From: Alphaproteobacteria bacterium
GTDB lineage: Bacteria > Pseudomonadota > Alphaproteobacteria > UBA828
Direction of reading: 5' to 3'
NCBI GenBank assembly: GCA_965220745.1
Contig: CBDCQT010000013.1
Coordinates: 544,001 to 608,000, forward strand
Length of the DNA: 64,000 nt
Shown here: piece by piece, positions 58,052 through 64,000 of the stretch
Layout: every line of letters starts with the position of its first letter
Position numbering within the stretch: position 1 is the stretch's first letter
The notes under the pieces: generated by a model
The model's input: only the letters and a program-made list of their open reading frames with translations
Database searches by the model: none
What the model was told of the DNA's origin: nothing
Position numbers and translations under genes: made by a program

Positions 58052-59164
58052 ATGAGCGCCGCCCAATCTGCGTCGCCCGCGTCCCTCGCCCAGATGCTGC
58101 TCGACTGGTACGACCGCCACCGCCGCCACCTCCCCTGGCGCGGCGCCCCCGGCGTCCGCCCGGACTCCTACCGGGTCTGGCTCAGCGAGATCATGCTGCA
58201 GCAGACCACGGTTCCGGTGGTCGGCGGCTATTTCCAGCGTTTCCTGGAGCGCTGGCCGACCCTCGAGTCTTTGGCCGGTGCCGAGCTCGATGACGTGCTC
58301 CACGCCTGGCAGGGCCTTGGCTACTACGCCCGCGCCCGCAATCTGCACGCCTGCGCGCGCCTTGTGCTGGCCGAGCACGGCGGGCGCTTCCCGACCGAGG
58401 AGAAGGCGCTGCGGGACCTGCCGGGGATCGGGCGCTACACCGCAGCGGCGATCGCGGCCATCGCCTTCGACCAGCCGGCGACCGTGGTTGACGGCAATGT
58501 CGAGCGGGTGATCGCCCGCCTGCGCGCAGTCGAGACCCCGTTGCCGACCGCAAAGCCCAAGCTTTACGCGCTCGCCGCCGAACTCACACCCTCCGTCAGG
58601 CCCGGCGACTACGCGCAGGCGCTGATGGACCTCGGCGCGAGCGTCTGCACGCCGCGCAATCCCGGCTGCCTCGCCTGCCCCTGGCAGAACGCGTGCGAGG
58701 GCCGCGCGCGCGGCACGGCGGAGAGCCTGCCGCGCCGGTCGCCGAAGCGAGAGCGCCCGCTGCGCCACGGCGTCTCCTTCTGGCTCATGCGCTCAGATGG
58801 CGCCGTGCTGCTGCGTCGCCGACCGGATGAGGGCCTGCTCGGCGGGATGATCGAGCTGCCCACCACGCCCTGGCGGGACGAGCCCTGGGACTTGGCAGAA
58901 GCCTCTGCCCATGCGCCGCAACCCTTGCCGTGGCAGGCGCTGTCGGAGCCGGTCCGCCACGGCTTTACCCATTTCGAGATCGAGCTGCTGGTAGCCGCCG
59001 CCGAGACCGAGGGTGGGACCGCCGACGGAAACGACGGCGCAATCTGGTGTCCGCCGTCGCGCTTCTCGGAACATGCGCTCCCGACGCTCACGCGAAAGCT
59101 CGTCCGCTACGCGGCGCGCCACTGGCCCGGCCCGGTAAGGAAGTCAAGTGCCGAGCGCGGCTGA
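58052..59164 (+). CDS. mutY: A/G-specific adenine glycosylase
   Basis: WLSEIMLQQT, GLGYYARARNL, LPGIGRYT, VDGNVERV, CTPRNPGCLACPWQNAC. Confidence 0.96.
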   Translation: MSAAQSASPASLAQMLLDWYDRHRRHLPWRGAPGVRPDSYRVWLSEIMLQQTTVPVVGGYFQRFLERWPTLESLAGAELDDVLHAWQGLGYYARARNLHACARLVLAEHGGRFPTEEKALRDLPGIGRYTAAAIAAIAFDQPATVVDGNVERVIARLRAVETPLPTAKPKLYALAAELTPSVRPGDYAQALMDLGASVCTPRNPGCLACPWQNACEGRARGTAESLPRRSPKRERPLRHGVSFWLMRSDGAVLLRRRPDEGLLGGMIELPTTPWRDEPWDLAEASAHAPQPLPWQALSEPVRHGFTHFEIELLVAAAETEGGTADGNDGAIWCPPSRFSEHALPTLTRKLVRYAARHWPGPVRKSSAERG

Positions 59165-59245
59165 GGCGGTGGCGGTCCGTGATAGCATCGCCTTCGACGT
59201 GCTTCGGGGAGAGTAACGGCGCTGACGAGATACGGGAGCAAGACC

Positions 59246-60091
59246 ATGAACGAGCAACGGAATCTCCCGCAGGAGGCGGGCTACAATTTGCGCCAGCGTC
59301 ATCCGGACTTCGAAGACTACTTCGCGGTCTGGGAGGCCGAGAGCGTGCGGGTGCGTGAGGCCCTCGCCTATACCCTCGATGTCCGCTACGGCGCGGGCCC
59401 CAACATGACCGCCGACCTGTTCCCGGCGCCGGCGGCTGGCGCACCGATCCAGGTCTTCATCCACGGCGGCTACTGGCGCGCCATGGACAAGGACGTGCAT
59501 TCGTTTCCCGCCGAGGGCTTCGTCGCCGCCGGCGGCGCGGCGGTCTCGCTCAACTACGCGCTGGCCCCGGCGGTGACCCTCGATACCATCGTCGAGCAGT
59601 GCCGCACGGCGCTCGAATGGGTCGCGGACAACGCCCGCTGGCTCAACGGCGATCCCGACCGCATCTTCGTCTCCGGCCACTCAGCCGGCGGGCACCTCAC
59701 CGCCATGATGCTCTGCACCGACTGGGCGGCGCGTGGGCGCCCGGCCGATCTGGTCAAGGGCGGCACCCCGATCTCCGGCATCTTCGACCTGGCGCCGATC
59801 CTGGAAACCAGTATCAATGACGACGTGCGGCTGGACGCCGAATCGGCCGCGCGCAACAGCCCGATCCATCATCTGCCGCAGACGAGAGCGCCGCTGATCG
59901 CGGCGGTCGGCGCGGCGGAAACGCCCGCGTTCGTCGCCCAGAACCGGGCCTTCGCCGAGGCCTGGCAGGCGCGCGGCTTCGAGGCCACGGTCATGGAGAT
60001 CGAAGGTCTCCACCATTACAACGTGGTGAGCGAGATGGGCCGCCCCGGCAGCGCCCTCACGCAGGCGGCCCTCGCCCAGATGGGCCTGTGA
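59246..60091 (+). CDS. Alpha/beta hydrolase, arylformamidase (kynurenine formamidase)-like
   Basis: FIHGGYW, GHSAGGHL, SGIFDL. Confidence 0.85.
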   Translation: MNEQRNLPQEAGYNLRQRHPDFEDYFAVWEAESVRVREALAYTLDVRYGAGPNMTADLFPAPAAGAPIQVFIHGGYWRAMDKDVHSFPAEGFVAAGGAAVSLNYALAPAVTLDTIVEQCRTALEWVADNARWLNGDPDRIFVSGHSAGGHLTAMMLCTDWAARGRPADLVKGGTPISGIFDLAPILETSINDDVRLDAESAARNSPIHHLPQTRAPLIAAVGAAETPAFVAQNRAFAEAWQARGFEATVMEIEGLHHYNVVSEMGRPGSALTQAALAQMGL

Positions 60092-60221
60092 GGGAGCAAC
60101 CATCGCGCCCCGCCCATCCCATGCCGTCGAGACATTGAACGACGGGCTTGCCCAACCGATGCGGGAGGAGTAGGGCAAGCGCCGGCGGCCCGCCCGGCCG
60201 CCGAACTCCATGAGGTGCGCC

Positions 60222-61415
60222 ATGACAGTAAGCCGCGGCCGCGATTTCCTGGCCCTCCCCGGCCCCACCACCGTTCCCCACGAGGTGCTGCAGGCCATGC
60301 AGCGGCCGGCCGTCGACATCTACGGCGAGGAGCTGACCGCCGTCACCGACAGTTGCCTGGACGATCTGCGGCGCGTCTTCCGCACCGAGCAGGGCCGCAC
60401 CTACATCTACATCGCCAACGGTCACGGCGCATGGGAGGCGGCGCTCTCCAATGTTCTCTCCCGCGGCAACAAGGTGCTGGTGCTGGAGAGCGGGCGCTTC
60501 GCCGTCGGCTGGGGCGAGATGGCGGAGCCGCTCGGCATTGAGGTCGAGGAGCTGGAGGCCGAGCCCAATCGGGCGGTGTCGCCCGAAGCACTCGAGCAGC
60601 GCCTCCGCGCCGACAGCGCGGGCGAGATCAAGGCCATCCTGGTGGTGCAGGTGGACACGGCCTCCGGCGTCGTGAACGACATCGCGGCGTTGGGCCAGGC
60701 CATCGCCCGCAGCGGTCACGGCGCGCTCTTCATGGTCGATGTCATCGCCTCGCTCGCATCGATGCCGTTCGAGATGGACGCGTGGAGCATCGATGTCGCG
60801 GTCGGCGGCGCGCAGAAGGGGCTGATGATGACGCCCGGCCTGAGCTTCATTGCCGCAAGGGAAAAGGCGCTGGCCGCCCACGCCGACGCCGGGCTCCGCA
60901 CCCGCTACTGGGACTGGACCGTGCGCGAGGGCGAGCTGCACTACATGAAGTACTGCGGCACGCCGCCGGTGCACCTGCTGTTCGGCCTGCGCAAGTCCCT
61001 CGACATGCTTTTCGAGGAAGGCCTGGAGGCCGCCTTCCGCCGGCACGAGCTGTTGGCCGGAGCGACCCAGGCGGCGGTGGGCCGCTGGAGCGAAGGCGGC
61101 GTGCTCACCTTCAACATTCAGGAGCCCGCCGAGCGCTCGCCCACCGTCACCACCATCCTTCTGGAGGAGCCCCATCTGGGCCGCCTGCTCGACTGGGTCT
61201 GGAAGGTCTGCAACGTCAGCCTCGGCATCGGGCTCGGGCCGCTCTCCGGCCACGCCTTCCGCATCGCCCATATGGGCCACGTGAACGCGCCCATGATGCT
61301 CGGCACGCTGGGCGCGATCGAGACCGGCCTCGCCGCGCTCGACATCCCCCACGGCAAGGGCGGCACCTCCGCCGCCATCGATCACCTGAGTACGCGTCTG
61401 AAGACGTCAGCTTGA
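60222..61415 (+). CDS. Class V PLP aminotransferase (serine/alanine-glyoxylate aminotransferase-like)
   Basis: LPGPT, NGHGAWEA, AQKGLMMTPG, GTPP, FRIAHMG. Confidence 0.9.
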   Translation: MTVSRGRDFLALPGPTTVPHEVLQAMQRPAVDIYGEELTAVTDSCLDDLRRVFRTEQGRTYIYIANGHGAWEAALSNVLSRGNKVLVLESGRFAVGWGEMAEPLGIEVEELEAEPNRAVSPEALEQRLRADSAGEIKAILVVQVDTASGVVNDIAALGQAIARSGHGALFMVDVIASLASMPFEMDAWSIDVAVGGAQKGLMMTPGLSFIAAREKALAAHADAGLRTRYWDWTVREGELHYMKYCGTPPVHLLFGLRKSLDMLFEEGLEAAFRRHELLAGATQAAVGRWSEGGVLTFNIQEPAERSPTVTTILLEEPHLGRLLDWVWKVCNVSLGIGLGPLSGHAFRIAHMGHVNAPMMLGTLGAIETGLAALDIPHGKGGTSAAIDHLSTRLKTSA

Positions 61416-61421
61416 GGTGCC

Positions 61422-61565
61422 CTACTGCATCGGCGACTCTCGGGCCGGTGTGGGGCCGTCGCCTGACGGATCATCGTCGGCAGGCTGCTTCAGGAACATG
61501 GCGAGCGCGACCAGGACGGCGCCGACGAACAGCGCGACGGCTGCGTCCCTCAGGAAGCGCTTCAC
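61422..61565 (-). CDS. Small single-TM hypothetical protein
   Basis: GTG after AGGGGAG: MKRFLRDAAVALFVGAVLVALAMFLKQPADDD... Confidence 0.45.
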   Translation of the reverse strand: MKRFLRDAAVALFVGAVLVALAMFLKQPADDDPSGDGPTPARESPMQ

Positions 61566-61566
61566 G

Positions 61567-61827
61567 CTACGCGCTCCCCTCCTCCGAAGACGCTGGATTG
61601 ACACCCAAGGCACGCTCCCGCGCCGCCGCAAGGGCAGCCTCCAGCGCCTCCTCGAAGTGACCGCCCACGATGGGTCCGTTGTGCCGGCGGTATCCACGCA
61701 GAATCCCCGCCTTCACCTCAGAAGTGATGTCGCGCGCGAGGTCCATCCGGTGTTCACAGACGTCGCAGACGAGCGCTGCATCGCCGACGACCGGTGTCCG
61801 CCACGCGTGCGGGTTGCATCGTTCCAT
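61567..61827 (-). CDS. Small hypothetical protein with C..H...CxxC motif
   Basis: MERCNPHAW...LVCDVCEH; start uncertain (up to 61875). Confidence 0.45.
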   Translation of the reverse strand: MERCNPHAWRTPVVGDAALVCDVCEHRMDLARDITSEVKAGILRGYRRHNGPIVGGHFEEALEAALAAARERALGVNPASSEEGSA

Positions 61828-61945
61828 CGGAATGCCCGCCCCGCTCTCCGTCCCCCTTCTCGCTGCCGACAGCATACGCGTTCCGCCTGCGGTGGCGAAC
61901 GATCCGAACGGAGTCGTGGACGCCGGGATGGTGCTGGACGGCGCG

Positions 61946-63112
61946 TCAGCCCCGTCCGGCGCAAACGATGGTGCGGATGGCCTGTTCCGGGAACGCCGTC
62001 TTCCAGGCTTCGTCGAAGGCGGAGCGGTCGCCTTCCACGCCCGCCTCGATCACATGGGCGCTGACGGCCTTCATGTTCGGCGCGGACACGACCGGATAGC
62101 CCAGCGCCCTGATCTCGGCGACGCGGCGGCGCATGTAACGCTTGTTTCGGAAAACGCCGAGCGATATCCCGTTGGCCCGCGCACCTTCACGAAAGATCCA
62201 GATATCGCTGACGCCCCGGCTTAGAAGCTCGTCCGCCACTTCGGAAGCGGCCGCGCGGCTCGCAAGCGGCGGAATATACACGTGGTGGTTCTTGACCGCC
62301 TCGCGCTCCTCCTGGCGTACCTTGATTTCCGTCGCTCCGCGCGCGCGCATCCAGGCCGCCGCCTCGTAAGCAGCATCGGAATCCTTGAACCATTCCGCGC
62401 GAACGCATTCCGCGACCACAGCTTCGGTGGGCGACACTTCGGGCTCGTCAGGAACTTCGGGCTTCTCCGCCTCTGCGGTCCCTACTTTCGTTTCGGCCTG
62501 CGTCGTCGGAACTGCGGCAGGCTCTTCGTCCTGCGTTGTCTGAACTGCGGCAGGCTCTTCCGCCGTCGGCTCTGGGCCGGCGGCGGCCTGTTCGCTCCCC
62601 TCAGCCGCTGGAGAGCCCTCCACGCGAAGCTCATGGGCGCGCATGTAGGCCTTCTCCGCGAGCTGCAAATAGACGTCACCCAGATTGGCGTACACGACCG
62701 CGTCGGGTCTCAGCTCCAGTGCCGCGATGAGCGTCTCCCGCGCATCGTTCAACCGTCCGAGTTTGGCGTAGAGCACGGCAAGGTTGTTGTGCGCCTCGAA
62801 CATGGCGGGATGATCGTCTCGAAGGCTTTCGAATATGGCGATCGCCTCGGCGAAGTTTCCTTCGCGTGCATTCAGGATGCCTTGAATGAGCCGCACACCG
62901 GGCGCATTGGGCTCGCGCTCGACCAGCGGTTCGAGTGCTTCGTGCGCCTCCGCGTAGCGCTCCTGGGCGACCAGGGAGAGTGCGTCCGTGATCGGGTCAC
63001 CGGCGCGCGCATCGGCGCATGCCATCGCTGCCAGCACACCGCATGCGATCGCCGTCCGCCTGAGCCATGCCTTCGCTGGCACTTTTGGCTCGGCAAGTGC
63101 CGTGCTATCCAC
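61946..63112 (-). CDS. Secreted TPR protein with C-terminal SPOR-like domain
   Basis: Signal peptide, [11 protein letters not shown] and YANLGDVY TPRs, VYIPP...NGISLGVF. Confidence 0.75.
   Translation of the reverse strand: MDSTALAEPKVPAKAWLRRTAIACGVLAAMACADARAGDPITDALSLVAQERYAEAHEALEPLVEREPNAPGVRLIQGILNAREGNFAEAIAIFESLRDDHPAMFEAHNNLAVLYAKLGRLNDARETLIAALELRPDAVVYANLGDVYLQLAEKAYMRAHELRVEGSPAAEGSEQAAAGPEPTAEEPAAVQTTQDEEPAAVPTTQAETKVGTAEAEKPEVPDEPEVSPTEAVVAECVRAEWFKDSDAAYEAAAWMRARGATEIKVRQEEREAVKNHHVYIPPLASRAAASEVADELLSRGVSDIWIFREGARANGISLGVFRNKRYMRRRVAEIRALGYPVVSAPNMKAVSAHVIEAGVEGDRSAFDEAWKTAFPEQAIRTIVCAGRG
62497..62560. repeat. In-frame 33-bp-period tandem repeat in TPR protein linker
   Basis: Two 31-bp copies (2 mismatches) encoding [20 protein letters not shown]. 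Confidence 0.75.
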
Positions 63113-63206
63113 GACCGCGACCTTTTCGCTTCCCGTGCCGCTCTACGATAGGCGGCAACCGCATCGCAGTCCATCGCACGCTGAAGGTCGCGCCGAAGAC
63201 CGACTC

Positions 63207-64000
63207 ATGACCGAGCAAATCCTGATCCTCGACTTCGGCTCGCAGGTCACTCAGCTCATCGCCCGGCGGGTGCGCGAGGCCGGGGTCTACTGCGAGATCA
63301 GGCCCTTCACGACCCCGGCGGCGGAGATCGAGCGCCTGGCGCCCCAGGGCGTCATCCTCTCGGGCGGCCCGGCGTCGGTCACCAAGGCCGAGGCGCCGCG
63401 CCCCGACGAGGCGATCTACACGCTCGGCATCCCTCTGCTCGGCATCTGCTACGGCCAGCAGGCGATGTGCGCGGCGCTGGGCGGCGCCGTGGAATCCACC
63501 TCGCAGCGCGAATTCGGCCGGGCGCACCTCGACATTGTCGAGCCCTGCCTGCTCTTCGATGGCGTCTGGCAGGTGGGCGCGCGCGAGCAAGTCTGGATGA
63601 GCCACGGCGATGCAGTGGCGGCGATGCCGGAGGGCTTTCGCGTGGTGGCCCATACCGCCTCCGCCCCCTTCGCCGCCATCGCCGACGATGAGCGCCACTT
63701 CTACGGCATTCAGTTCCACCCCGAGGTGGTGCACACGCCCCACGGCGCTGCGCTGCTGCAAAACTTCGCGCGTCGGGTCGCGGGCTGCGACGGCACCTGG
63801 TCCATGGCCTCGTTCCGCGCCAGCGCCATCGAAGCGATTCGCGCTCAGGTGGGCGACGGACGGGTGATCTGCGGCCTATCGGGCGGGGTCGATTCCTCGG
63901 TGGTGGCGGTGCTCTTGCACGAGGCGATCGGGGACCAGCTCACTTGCGTGTTCGTCGACACCGGCCTCATGCGCCAGGGCGAGGCCGAGGAGGTCACCAG
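63207..64000 (+). CDS. guaA: GMP synthase (glutamine-hydrolysing), 5' part, runs off window
   Basis: Manual translation [51 protein letters not shown]. Confidence 0.96.
   Translation, partial: MTEQILILDFGSQVTQLIARRVREAGVYCEIRPFTTPAAEIERLAPQGVILSGGPASVTKAEAPRPDEAIYTLGIPLLGICYGQQAMCAALGGAVESTSQREFGRAHLDIVEPCLLFDGVWQVGAREQVWMSHGDAVAAMPEGFRVVAHTASAPFAAIADDERHFYGIQFHPEVVHTPHGAALLQNFARRVAGCDGTWSMASFRASAIEAIRAQVGDGRVICGLSGGVDSSVVAVLLHEAIGDQLTCVFVDTGLMRQGEAEEVT

Noticed and set aside
460-63867. Many long overlapping or antisense ORFs (e.g. 460-2385, 1068-3218, 42037-44154, 43935-46127, 63105-63761)
   Set aside because: Arg/Gly/Ala-rich shadow frames of well-supported genes; expected in high-GC DNA with few stop codons

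Overview
GC-rich alphaproteobacterial chromosome segment, judged from the atpI-atpB-atpE-atpF'-atpF F0 operon and the smc-dsbA-DUF721-mutY order. The first ~49 kb is a catabolic and transport region. It holds a tungsten aldehyde oxidoreductase, a LarA-family racemase, a split and fused glutamate-synthase-like (Glx/Mgs-like) trio, an Urt-like ABC transporter, a TRAP transporter, mgtE, maeB, many hydrolases and oxidoreductases, an orphan CoxL-like subunit, TcuA-like and PrpF genes, and hydantoinase A/B. The last ~14 kb is mostly housekeeping (F0 operon, smc, dsbA, dciA, mutY, start of guaA). Several single accessory genes are interspersed: an AT-rich HNH nuclease, a NYN RNase preceded by its own promoter and a GNRA-capped terminator-like hairpin (candidate RNA-antitoxin/type III-like module), an orphan Phd antitoxin, an AT-rich exonuclease-fold-like membrane protein between 67-bp direct repeats, and a solo DNA methyltransferase. 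I saw no rRNA, tRNA, transposase or convincing CRISPR array. All calls come from motif reading by eye; no database search was run.
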